Positions 1-7,778 of a stretch of DNA of 11,600 nucleotides are shown here, one piece after another; the stretch's first letter is position 1; every line of letters begins with the position of its first letter. The position numbers were made by a program, and so were the translations under genes. The DNA comes from a virus, in the UHGV virus genome UHGV-0197807. One strand, given 5' to 3'. The notes beneath the pieces were generated by a model. It was not told the DNA's origin, did not search any database, and worked only from the letters and a program-made list of their open reading frames with translations.

Positions 1-228
1 CGTGGCTGTCTGGAATATGACGTCAGCGCCACCGACATCACCAGCTCGTTTATGGCTATCCGCAAGACCATGACCAGCAGCGGACGCAGTGCCACCTATG
101 AGGCCAGCCGCAGCGAGGAAGCCAGCCACGCCGACCTCGCCTGGGCGACCATGCACGCCCTGTTAAATGAGCCACTCACCGCCGGTATCAGCACCCCGCT
201 GACATCCACCATTCTGGAGTTTTACTGA
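1..228 (+). CDS. P: Terminase ATPase (large) subunit gpP, C-terminal fragment; 5' end lies outside the window
   Basis: Frame 1 is open from position 1 to TGA at 226-228 (...PLTSTILEFY*). The stop overlaps the ATG of the next gene (TGATG), typical phage coupling. Identity is by synteny only: in P2 the P-Q operon is transcribed toward cos with P immediately upstream of Q. Confidence 0.55.
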   Translation, partial: RGCLEYDVSATDITSSFMAIRKTMTSSGRSATYEASRSEEASHADLAWATMHALLNEPLTAGISTPLTSTILEFY

Positions 229-1262
229 TGAGCAAGAAAAAAGGGAAAACACCGCAACCTGCGGCAAAAAAAATGACCGCCAGCGCCCCGAAAATGGAGG
301 CATTCACCTTTGGTGAGCCGGTGCCGGTACTCGACCGGCGTGACATTCTGGATTACGTCGAGTGCATCAGTAACGGCAGATGGTATGAGCCACCGGTCAG
401 CTTTACCGGTCTGGCAAAAAGCCTGCGTGCTGCCGTGCATCACAGCTCGCCGATTTACGTCAAACGCAATATTCTGGCGTCGACATTTATCCCGCATCCG
501 TGGCTTTCCCAGCAGGATTTCAGCCGCTTTGTGCTGGATTTTCTGGTGTTCGGTAATGCGTTTCTGGAAAAGCGATACAGCACCACCGGTAAGGTCATCA
601 GACTGGAAACCTCACCGGCAAAATATACCCGCCGTGGCGTGGAGGAGGATGTTTACTGGTGGGTGCCGTCCTTCAACGAGCCGACACCTTTCGCGCCCGG
701 CTCCGTGTTTCACCTGCTGGAGCCGGATATTAATCAGGAGCTGTACGGTCTGCCGGAATATCTCAGCGCCCTTAACTCTGCCTGGCTGAATGAGTCGGCC
801 ACGCTGTTCCGCCGCAAGTATTACGAAAACGGCGCACATGCCGGATACATCATGTACGTCACCGATGCCGTGCAGGATCGCAACGATATCGAAATGCTCC
901 GCGAAAACATGGTGAAGTCGAAAGGCCGCAACAACTTTAAAAACCTGTTTCTCTATGCCCCACAGGGGAAAGCTGACGGCATTAAAATTATTCCGCTCAG
1001 TGAAGTGGCAACGAAGGACGATTTTTTTAATATCAAAAAAGCCAGCGCCGCTGACCTGCTGGATGCGCACCGCATCCCCTTTCAGTTGATGGGCGGCAAG
1101 CCGGAGAACGTCGGGTCGCTGGGCGATATTGAGAAAGTGGCAAAGGTCTTTGTCCGCAATGAGCTTATCCCGCTACAAGACAGGATTCGGGAAATAAACG
1201 GCTGGCTCGGTCAGGAGGTCATCCGCTTTAAAAACTACTCACTGGACACTGACAACGACTGA
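228..1262 (+). CDS. Q: Portal (capsid portal) protein gpQ
   Basis: 344-aa ORF starting MSKKKGKTPQPAAKKMTA; length and N-terminus match my recollection of P2 gpQ (344 aa). Sits between the P fragment and cos as in P2; a rho-independent terminator follows directly. Confidence 0.9.
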   Translation: MSKKKGKTPQPAAKKMTASAPKMEAFTFGEPVPVLDRRDILDYVECISNGRWYEPPVSFTGLAKSLRAAVHHSSPIYVKRNILASTFIPHPWLSQQDFSRFVLDFLVFGNAFLEKRYSTTGKVIRLETSPAKYTRRGVEEDVYWWVPSFNEPTPFAPGSVFHLLEPDINQELYGLPEYLSALNSAWLNESATLFRRKYYENGAHAGYIMYVTDAVQDRNDIEMLRENMVKSKGRNNFKNLFLYAPQGKADGIKIIPLSEVATKDDFFNIKKASAADLLDAHRIPFQLMGGKPENVGSLGDIEKVAKVFVRNELIPLQDRIREINGWLGQEVIRFKNYSLDTDND

Positions 1263-1267
1263 ACATC

Positions 1268-1289
1268 GCCGCCTGCGGGCGGCTTTTTT
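1268..1289 (+). terminator. Rho-independent terminator downstream of Q
   Basis: GC stem gccgcc-tgcg-ggcggc (1268-1283) followed by a T6 run (1284-1289), 6 nt after the Q stop. Confidence 0.65.
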
Positions 1290-1431
1290 ACCCCCCGTCA
1301 TCACGCCCTCACACGCTCACCACCGCACAAAACATCCCGCAGACACACCAACGCCCCGGCTAACAATCTAAACGTCATCACGGCGCGCTCAGACGCTGAA
1401 AAAATAAAATCAGCACCACCGCCAGCGCGCA

Positions 1432-1450
1432 GTGCTTTCCCCGCCTCGCC
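1432..1450 (-). other. cos cohesive-end sequence (P2-type 19-nt 5' overhang)
   Basis: The + strand reads GTGCTTTCCCCGCCTCGCC, the reverse complement of GGCGAGGCGGGGAAAGCAC, which I recall as the P2 left cohesive end. Position (~170 bp past the Q stop) and orientation match the P2 map. From memory; not verified by alignment. Confidence 0.7.
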
Positions 1451-1499
1451 CGCCCGCTTCATGGGGCGATTTTAATGCAGTTGCATGATTTAGCCGAAT

Positions 1500-1688
1500 C
1501 CGCGCCATTGTTGACATTGATGTTTTGATATGGATATGGCGTAAGCATGCGAATTCATTCAAGATGATGCAAGAATGATGAAATTATGGTACAGATCGAT
1601 TAGCCATAATATGCCCCACGTTGTTACATGTGGTTCATAAGAGTTATGGCTCATAGGGATTTATACAAAATATATATAGGTAATTATC
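1500..1688 (+). promoter_or_regulatory. Putative promoter region of the AT-rich cargo operon
   Basis: Abrupt shift to AT-rich sequence immediately upstream of the first cargo ORF. TTGACA at 1511-1516, CATAAT at 1605-1610, TTGTTA at 1621-1626 and several TATA-like hexamers at 1660-1688, but no single -35/-10 pair with ideal spacing. The first gene has only a weak SD (TAGG, 1677-1680). Confidence 0.3.
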
Positions 1689-2753
1689 ATGTCAGGTGAA
1701 ACTCAAAATATTTCAGCAATGGCAGAAAAAATATCTTCAGACCTATTCAAATGGTTTAAGTGGGAACTCGTTGGTCCAACCAATGAAAACTTTCCATGCA
1801 TGAAAAAAGATCAACATAAAACACTAGCCGGAACACATCCAACTGATGTTGTATTTTCTTATAAAGATCCCTATTTGAATAGAACCATTTTTTTAAATAC
1901 TGATTTAAAAAGCTATATTAAAGGCTCAATTACAGCAACTAAAATGCGCAATGCTTTAGTATCGCTGGCTAATTCTATTGACTGTGCTCAAGGTTGTAAA
2001 GAATGGAAGGAGCGTTATTCTTATAAAAGTGGTGCGTCAGAAGTCAGAGGCATGCTCTTTGTATACAACCATGACGGAGACTTTGACCAATCTTTTTATG
2101 ATGTATTCTATCAGTCTCACAATACTGAAACTGATAAGAAGAAAAGAGGTATCAATCTTGACAATATACCGGTAAGGGTCGGTCAAAAAATACACATTAT
2201 TGAACCAAGAACTATAAACTACCTGCAGTCAATAATCTGCGATTTATCACAACTAAGCCACAAAAGAGAGTTTCCACTCGGTAAAAAATATCAATTCTTT
2301 TACCCAGACCTTTCACTACATAAAGTAAGCGGTTCGCCCGAAGAACTTCCAGCAACTGTAGAATTATTGACAGGCCCATTCCTTATTATAAAACATAATG
2401 ACGTCAGACATTGCAATGAAGAAACATCACAATGGGAAACCACATTTAAACATGGTTACATTATTTATTACAATGGCGAAGGAAAAAACGAGCTAGAGTT
2501 TATTTACATTCTGGACACACTATCTAAATATCAATTACTGGATGGCAATGAAAATATAAGAATTAGAATAGTTAACCCTAACATACATAAAGATGTTCGC
2601 AGTATTTTTATGCGTGCGAAGGATAGTTATTGTCAAGAATGGGGGTTCGATGAACATAAAAAAACGATAATAGATGCTATTGATTTTCAACAGGTAGAAT
2701 TTACAAAGCCTCGTTTTAGTTCGGTAGAGATTGGTTGGGAGCGACAGGCATGA
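1689..2753 (+). CDS. Hypothetical protein, cargo gene 1 (354 aa), no recognisable family; candidate defense component
   Basis: Long ORF in an AT-rich island with Lys/Asn/Ile-rich composition. Its stop (TGA 2751-2753) overlaps the ATG of the next gene (ATGA). No Walker A or other confident catalytic motif; a weak D...D-x-K spacing (D53/D60, D72-L-K74) is noted in the findings. Confidence 0.75.
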   Translation: MSGETQNISAMAEKISSDLFKWFKWELVGPTNENFPCMKKDQHKTLAGTHPTDVVFSYKDPYLNRTIFLNTDLKSYIKGSITATKMRNALVSLANSIDCAQGCKEWKERYSYKSGASEVRGMLFVYNHDGDFDQSFYDVFYQSHNTETDKKKRGINLDNIPVRVGQKIHIIEPRTINYLQSIICDLSQLSHKREFPLGKKYQFFYPDLSLHKVSGSPEELPATVELLTGPFLIIKHNDVRHCNEETSQWETTFKHGYIIYYNGEGKNELEFIYILDTLSKYQLLDGNENIRIRIVNPNIHKDVRSIFMRAKDSYCQEWGFDEHKKTIIDAIDFQQVEFTKPRFSSVEIGWERQA

Positions 2754-3862
2754 AAATTGGATTATATAGTGTAAATGATAAGGCAATGTTTGACGCATTG
2801 AATCAAACTAAAGTCACTCATGAAGATATGAAAAGTCTCTTTTTTAAAAGAGGAATGATTATATCCAAAGAGACTAAACGAAAAACATTGGCTTTGGATT
2901 TTTCCAGATACTATCATGGCTATTCTGATTTTGAATTTCTTTCAAACATACTCGGTTCTGTTGGGCGGAGAGAAAAAGTATCAATTAACATTATTAATAC
3001 AAATATAGATAAAAATAGTATGGAAAATACTATTAAATCTATTTGTGAAGATCTTCAAAAAGAAGGCGATATAACTAATATAAATTACACCGAGAATGGT
3101 TTTGAAGTATCAATAAAATATGTGAAACTAGATTTCAAAATGAGCGAGTTTCGCCAATCCTCATCACGTGAAGCCAAAATACAAGTTGAAATGAATGAAA
3201 GCGGTGAATTTATCACCCGTTTCCCTCAAAATGCTAAAGCAAGGGAATTCAACGAGCGCCTCGTGGAGAAGATCAAAGAAGACAACAATGAGGATCCAGC
3301 CAGTCTTGATGAGATTTCGCTCGAAACTGTTAAATCACCAGCGGAAAGAAGCAAATTTTTTGAGCAACTAATCTCAAGCATACCTAACTACAAATGCATT
3401 GACGTATCGGATGTATACGTTACGCATCCAATTCTTGAGTCAAATAAGTCTAACGAAAATGAAGATGATTCTGATGATGACGATACAATTATTGACACAG
3501 GATATCATATCTCCAAAGCTTCACTAAAAGGGCGCAGCGTTCTTGACTCTCTCGAGTTTAAGGAGTTGTTAGGAAAAGGATTTTATATTACCAAAATCAT
3601 TTGGAGTTCTGTTGTTGACACTTATAAAGACTCGGACAAATATGAATTCGAGGCTCAATTTGTCGACCCAGATAATTGCAAGTTATTCTCGTATATCGTT
3701 CGCGGTGTTTATAAGTACAAAAATATAAACGAATATGCAAATCGTCAAAATGTAGATAAAGAGAAGGAAAAACTGCTATTATTAGCACTTGAAAAAACCG
3801 CTCGCGAAATTTCAAACAGTATTATCGCCTCCAACACAATTGAGGTTGTTACTGATAAATAA
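2750..3862 (+). CDS. Hypothetical protein, cargo gene 2 (370 aa from ATG 2750), contains a polyacidic tract; candidate defense component
   Basis: The ORF track begins at TTG 2735, but ATG 2750 is preceded by GGGAG (2737-2741) and overlaps the upstream stop, so I place the start there. Contains ENEDDSDDDD (DNA ~3455-3484). No nucleotide-binding or nuclease motif recognised. Confidence 0.75.
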   Translation: MKIGLYSVNDKAMFDALNQTKVTHEDMKSLFFKRGMIISKETKRKTLALDFSRYYHGYSDFEFLSNILGSVGRREKVSINIINTNIDKNSMENTIKSICEDLQKEGDITNINYTENGFEVSIKYVKLDFKMSEFRQSSSREAKIQVEMNESGEFITRFPQNAKAREFNERLVEKIKEDNNEDPASLDEISLETVKSPAERSKFFEQLISSIPNYKCIDVSDVYVTHPILESNKSNENEDDSDDDDTIIDTGYHISKASLKGRSVLDSLEFKELLGKGFYITKIIWSSVVDTYKDSDKYEFEAQFVDPDNCKLFSYIVRGVYKYKNINEYANRQNVDKEKEKLLLLALEKTAREISNSIIASNTIEVVTDK

Positions 3863-3873
3863 AAGGAGTTGTT

Positions 3874-4545
3874 ATGAAAACAAAATGGTTTACTGCCAAC
3901 TTCCCTGCTGGACTTGATAGTTTATATCAGTCTATCATTAACACTCCTTTTGATAGTGATAAAGGCTGGGGATTTAGTATCAACTCATATGAAGAAAATG
4001 CAATATCATCTCGATACATCGAGAAAGTAGAGGTCAACGAGATAATCGTTGATCCATATGGAAACGAGACTCAATATACACAGCTAAAATATATTCAATT
4101 TAACTTTTGGCTTTACACAACAAAAGGTAAAAACTTCATCTTAATCATTGAGTCGCCTCCCAGAAGCATTAAGAACTTCATATCAAACATAATTAAATCA
4201 ACACATTCTGATTTTAATGTGTCAAATCTCAACATCAAAATTGAGGACTTCATTTATTTCCTGACCCCGCACTTTGAAAAAATACAAGTGCACAAGGCAA
4301 AATTAAAAGACTTAACGTTTAGCAAACACACATCCGGCATACTGGAACTTGAGTCATCAAGTGACGCACTTATGGAAATAAGAAACATTTTCAAAAATGC
4401 AAATTTTACAATTGATAAAGTTAAACTTAATGTTAAGGACGTTACCGGTTATGAGTCATTAGAAATTAACACAAATGGGTCCATTTCACTTTCAGAGCAA
4501 ATTTTTGACAAGGTGTATCGAACCATAGAAAGGTTTGCCCTTTAA
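3874..4545 (+). CDS. Hypothetical protein, cargo gene 3 (223 aa), no recognisable family; candidate defense component
   Basis: ATG 3874 is preceded by a strong SD AAGGAG (3862-3867), 11 nt after the cargo gene 2 stop. AT-rich composition as for genes 1-2; followed by a hairpin terminator. Confidence 0.75.
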   Translation: MKTKWFTANFPAGLDSLYQSIINTPFDSDKGWGFSINSYEENAISSRYIEKVEVNEIIVDPYGNETQYTQLKYIQFNFWLYTTKGKNFILIIESPPRSIKNFISNIIKSTHSDFNVSNLNIKIEDFIYFLTPHFEKIQVHKAKLKDLTFSKHTSGILELESSSDALMEIRNIFKNANFTIDKVKLNVKDVTGYESLEINTNGSISLSEQIFDKVYRTIERFAL

Positions 4546-4582
4546 GTTAACAATACAATTCAATTCTTTTGATGTAATAAAA

Positions 4583-4620
4583 ACGGCCTCATTAAAAATG
4601 AGGCTTATCGTTTTATTATT
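4583..4620. terminator. Bidirectional rho-independent terminator between the cargo operon (+) and gene A (-)
   Basis: Perfect 8-bp stem gcctcatt/aatgaggc (4586-4593 and 4598-4605) with loop aaaa, flanked by T-rich sequence on both strands (ttatcgttttatt on +, cgttttta on -). Confidence 0.55.
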
Positions 4621-4710
4621 GTAGCCATGCCATCTGGTTTTCACCTTTTCCTCCAGCACAGTATTAATACACACCTTATATAGTTTTATCTCTTAGATAT
4701 TCACACTATT

Positions 4711-6990
4711 TCAATCTATTACAGTTGTGAACCCTGGCCATCCATCAGCGACCGGATAAGCGAATTTTTTCCCGTCATAATTTACGGTCGCGCCACGCGC
4801 CAGCGCCTCAAGCTCCCATCGCTGCGGCCTGATACCGTTCTGAGCAAGGTCAACGCGGATACGGGGAATTTGCATTCGTTCCGACCGGGTCAGTCTGGCC
4901 GATGGCGCTATTTCATGCGGTTTTAACGGGCTTCCGTTTCTTTGCTGGCGGTTTGGTCTTCTCAGTCCGTGTTTTAATGCACCCCTGAGCGCCCTCACGA
5001 CCTCCGGGTCACTCCATTCGATGACACCGTCATCAACCAGATTAAGCACTGCTGCGGCGTGCTCAGAAGGTGTGGGAGCCGGTAACGAAGTATCACCACC
5101 GGTGAGCGTTCCACAGTTATTGACAGGACTCCGAGGCGCGGCGATGCCGCTTTTTAAAGTCAAAGGCTCCACGACCGGAACTTTCGGCACAATGCGCCAG
5201 TCCGTCGTTCTGGTGATATGAATATGACGCGCGCCGAGATGCGGCGCGTAAATGCCGACCACTCTCTCGACTTCTTCCTCGTACTCGTTAACTTCATCCG
5301 ACGGACTACGGGCGACCCTGACAGTCTGACAATCGCGCGGGACATTTGCCCCACCCTGCGCGCTGATATACAGCGCAAAATCGCCACTGTCTGCGGCAGC
5401 GCGTGCAGCCTCGACACGTTCGTCAAACTCATCAGCAATGCTGACGCCGCGAGGTAATTTGCGTAGTTCACGGTAAGCCCCCATTGTCGGCAGGCCAACA
5501 GTTTTAAATTGCGGAATGCGCCACGTTGACGCCCATGCGGTAACAGCCGCGGCAGTGTCTTTCAGCGGCCTGCCGGTATCGTTATCGAGCTGACCATCCA
5601 GTGCATAGCCGTCGATGTTTTTTGAAATGTATTTCGCGATATATCCCGCAGCACCGCCCCGGTTAAGGTGTTTTGCCTGAAAACGGTTTCGCGCAGCTCC
5701 TCTTTCGTCGCTATCCTCTTTGAGCGCGTAGCGACGCATGATTTCAATAATCTGGTTACGCTGGCGTGGATTACAAAAAAGCATCATATGCCAGTGCGGC
5801 GTTCCGTCGTGGTGTGGCTCGACGACTCGCAAACCGTAGACCTGTAAATCATTATCCTTGAATGCCGTGCGCATCAGGCTCCAGATACGGCAGAGATAAC
5901 GCTGCGCATCCTTTGGATTAAATGCCTCATCGTTCCAGCCGTGATTAAGCTGGACGGTTTTACTTTCTCCTTTTCCGACCTGACGTGTCGGGTGATACTT
6001 TGACGGCGTGGTCAGCGTGATAAACATCCCCACATCACCCTCTGCGGCGGCGTAACGCTCAATACCGGCGATTGTGTTCATCAGCTCCATCCGGCGAATT
6101 TCAGGATTAGAAATACTGCCCATCACCTTACTGATAAGGTCGATGCGCTCGCCGGTTTCCCTGTTTTCGAGGTCACACGATTTAAGAAATTCCAGATTTG
6201 CCTGGCGGCGTGCACGCACATCACGAATGGCATGTTTACTGGCATAAGGAGAACGGTCTTTATTGACCTCCCCGACAGCAATCAGTAACGCCTCATGCCA
6301 GCGCATACGCTGGCCTTTGAGCTGATGAGTCCACCACTCATCGTTAAACAGACGGGCAATGGCAGAATATGCCTGCCTCGTGGTCATCTGTCCTTTACGG
6401 TATTTTTTCCAGTAAAGCGGGGAAATATTGAAAGCACGTGCAGCGCCAGCAACATGACCATAGAGGTGAGCCTGCACCTCATCCGTAAACAGCGATTCTT
6501 TTTCGCCATGTGCATCCACCCATGCATCGCTGAGTTCCTCATACATCATGAAAAGCTGCGATGAGATACGGGCGGCAAACTTTTTCAGCTCCTTGTCATT
6601 CATTCCCGGCAGGCGCGCATAGTGGTCACGCTCTGCCAGAAACAGCAACGACGCGTCGGTGTTCATTTCATGGCGCTGATTCACACGCTCAATGCGCGGC
6701 CATAAACGACGCTGAAAAGTGGATGTGAGGAAATAAAACCCGTGCACCGGGCTTTTATTGTGCAGGATGTAGTCATAGCGTGAAGTAAACAGCGAGCGCA
6801 AAAAGTAAGGCAGGCGGTTAATCGTGGATAAAACACCTTGCACCTGACGCATCTCGTCACGTGTAAGGGGTCTTTCGCGCCCGACAGCCTCGCGTGGCGC
6901 GTTCCATGCATAAGCACCGGTAAACGCCTTACCGGTGCCTGCGGCAAATGCTGACGGAGGGACAAAACGCCCGGAGGCTTTAACGTCCAT
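4711..6990 (-). CDS. A: Replication initiation protein gpA (rolling-circle HUH endonuclease)
   Basis: The ORF track gives 4711-7032 with a TTG start; ATG 6990 (MDVKASGRF...) has a GAGG SD upstream and gives 759 aa (P2 gpA is ~761 aa). HUH-type motif PHWHMMLF (H-W-H at 5788-5796) and tyrosine pair GYIAKYISK (Tyr codons at 5641-5643 and 5629-5631). Counted from ATG 6990 these are Tyr450 and Tyr454, the numbering I recall for the P2 A active-site tyrosines. Confidence 0.9.
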   Translation of the reverse strand: MDVKASGRFVPPSAFAAGTGKAFTGAYAWNAPREAVGRERPLTRDEMRQVQGVLSTINRLPYFLRSLFTSRYDYILHNKSPVHGFYFLTSTFQRRLWPRIERVNQRHEMNTDASLLFLAERDHYARLPGMNDKELKKFAARISSQLFMMYEELSDAWVDAHGEKESLFTDEVQAHLYGHVAGAARAFNISPLYWKKYRKGQMTTRQAYSAIARLFNDEWWTHQLKGQRMRWHEALLIAVGEVNKDRSPYASKHAIRDVRARRQANLEFLKSCDLENRETGERIDLISKVMGSISNPEIRRMELMNTIAGIERYAAAEGDVGMFITLTTPSKYHPTRQVGKGESKTVQLNHGWNDEAFNPKDAQRYLCRIWSLMRTAFKDNDLQVYGLRVVEPHHDGTPHWHMMLFCNPRQRNQIIEIMRRYALKEDSDERGAARNRFQAKHLNRGGAAGYIAKYISKNIDGYALDGQLDNDTGRPLKDTAAAVTAWASTWRIPQFKTVGLPTMGAYRELRKLPRGVSIADEFDERVEAARAAADSGDFALYISAQGGANVPRDCQTVRVARSPSDEVNEYEEEVERVVGIYAPHLGARHIHITRTTDWRIVPKVPVVEPLTLKSGIAAPRSPVNNCGTLTGGDTSLPAPTPSEHAAAVLNLVDDGVIEWSDPEVVRALRGALKHGLRRPNRQQRNGSPLKPHEIAPSARLTRSERMQIPRIRVDLAQNGIRPQRWELEALARGATVNYDGKKFAYPVADGWPGFTTVID

Positions 6991-7255
6991 ATGAGCCAAA
7001 AGCCTCTGAACAACGCCTGCTGAGTTGCTCAACCTGCGCGTTTAAATCGGCAAAAGATTTTGCGCTTCCGGTCAGAATATCGTGATGCATCAGGCCGGAA
7101 ACGAGCTGGCTTAATTTCGGGTAATAACCAACCACCGCCAGCCATTCCTGACCGGCGTTTTTAACGCTTTCCGCTCTCTTTTTCTCGTGGAGAATAAACT
7201 GAAAGCTGTCACTGGTAACAACATAACGTTCGCCAATTTCGATACGAATACTCAT
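6980..7255 (-). CDS. Small hypothetical protein (91 aa), P2 orf83-position
   Basis: ATG 7255 overlaps the stop of the upstream ORF (ATGA); its 3' end overlaps the start of A by ~11 nt. Last of four small translationally coupled ORFs between B and A, the same arrangement as P2 orf80-83. Function unknown. Confidence 0.6.
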   Translation of the reverse strand: MSIRIEIGERYVVTSDSFQFILHEKKRAESVKNAGQEWLAVVGYYPKLSQLVSGLMHHDILTGSAKSFADLNAQVEQLSRRCSEAFGSYGR

Positions 7256-7476
7256 GCCGTTCTCCGGTAATGTTTGTTTTTTGCTTCAAAGACTGACTGA
7301 CAGGAAACACAACGCGTGGCTGACGGATAAGCCGCACGACGGGCAGCAGGTATTGGCGCGTCACACTCTTCGCAAACCAGCGCAGAAGCACCGCAATGTT
7401 TTACCCTTGCCGCGTTAATCTGGCGCTCCAGTAATTCAGCCTGTTGTTCCTGAATGAAATCTACGTTGTCCGGCAT
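7252..7476 (-). CDS. TraR/DksA-family C4 zinc-finger protein (74 aa), P2 orf82-position
   Basis: Four-Cys motif C-x2-C-x17-C-x2-C (VCEECDAPIPAARRAAYPSATRCVSCQ), characteristic of DksA/TraR-type zinc fingers. ATG 7476 overlaps the upstream stop (TAATG); SD AAGGA upstream. Confidence 0.7.
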   Translation of the reverse strand: MPDNVDFIQEQQAELLERQINAARVKHCGASALVCEECDAPIPAARRAAYPSATRCVSCQSVFEAKNKHYRRTA

Positions 7477-7778
7477 TACCAGTTCCTTTTGTCGTTCAGT
7501 TTCTTAAATTCATCAGCGCAATAGCTGGCGAGTTCTGTCGTTAATTTTGTCAGTTCATCCACTGAGGAAATTTGCTTGTGAAATACAGCGCGTTTAACAA
7601 GTAAATTGACCACATCAGACAGGAGGTTTAATTCGCTCTGATAAATCGCGATAACAGATTCAGTTATGTCGCGCTTTTCTTTATCAAGACCAAGTTGAAT
7701 AAGAGACAAATCGCCATTTTCCATAACGGCGATTTTTAAGGCGTTATTCAGTAATACAACTGAACGAGAACAGGACAT
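7476..7778 (-). CDS. Small hypothetical protein (100 aa), P2 orf81-position
   Basis: The ORF track start is TTG 7781; the adjacent ATG 7778 is preceded by GGAGG and overlaps the upstream stop (TGATG). Confidence 0.6.
   Translation of the reverse strand: MSCSRSVVLLNNALKIAVMENGDLSLIQLGLDKEKRDITESVIAIYQSELNLLSDVVNLLVKRAVFHKQISSVDELTKLTTELASYCADEFKKLNDKRNW

Noticed and set aside
222-1070. ORFs 222-497 (-), 310-789 (+) and 612-1070 (-) overlapping the portal gene
   Set aside because: They lie entirely inside or antisense to the well-supported Q reading frame, with no SD and no independent support; they are shadow ORFs of a GC-rich coding region.
1451-1470. Short inverted repeat cgccc...gggcg just past cos as an independent terminator
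   Set aside because: The stem is only 5 bp and lies within the cos flanking region where terminase-binding elements are expected; insufficient to call a terminator.
1689-4545. Possibility that the cargo is a retron, Old or Tin
   Set aside because: No reverse-transcriptase YxDD motif and no long structured non-coding region upstream (retron); no Walker A/B ATPase or TOPRIM signature (Old); sizes and composition do not fit Tin. Only a homology search can exclude distant relationships.
1978-4674. Short ORFs 1978-2175 (+), 2535-2798 (-), 3597-3815 (-) and 4492-4674 (-) within or antisense to the cargo genes
   Set aside because: They are embedded in the longer cargo ORFs or their terminator, are low-complexity and AT-driven, and are far shorter than the frames they overlap.
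5021-7391. ORFs 5021-5221, 5160-5498, 5218-5457, 5562-5747, 6295-6564, 6681-7013 and 7209-7391 inside gene A and the orf82/83 region
   Set aside because: All are nested within or antisense to gene A or the coupled small-ORF string; their Arg/Ala/Ser-rich translations are typical of out-of-frame reading of GC-rich coding DNA.
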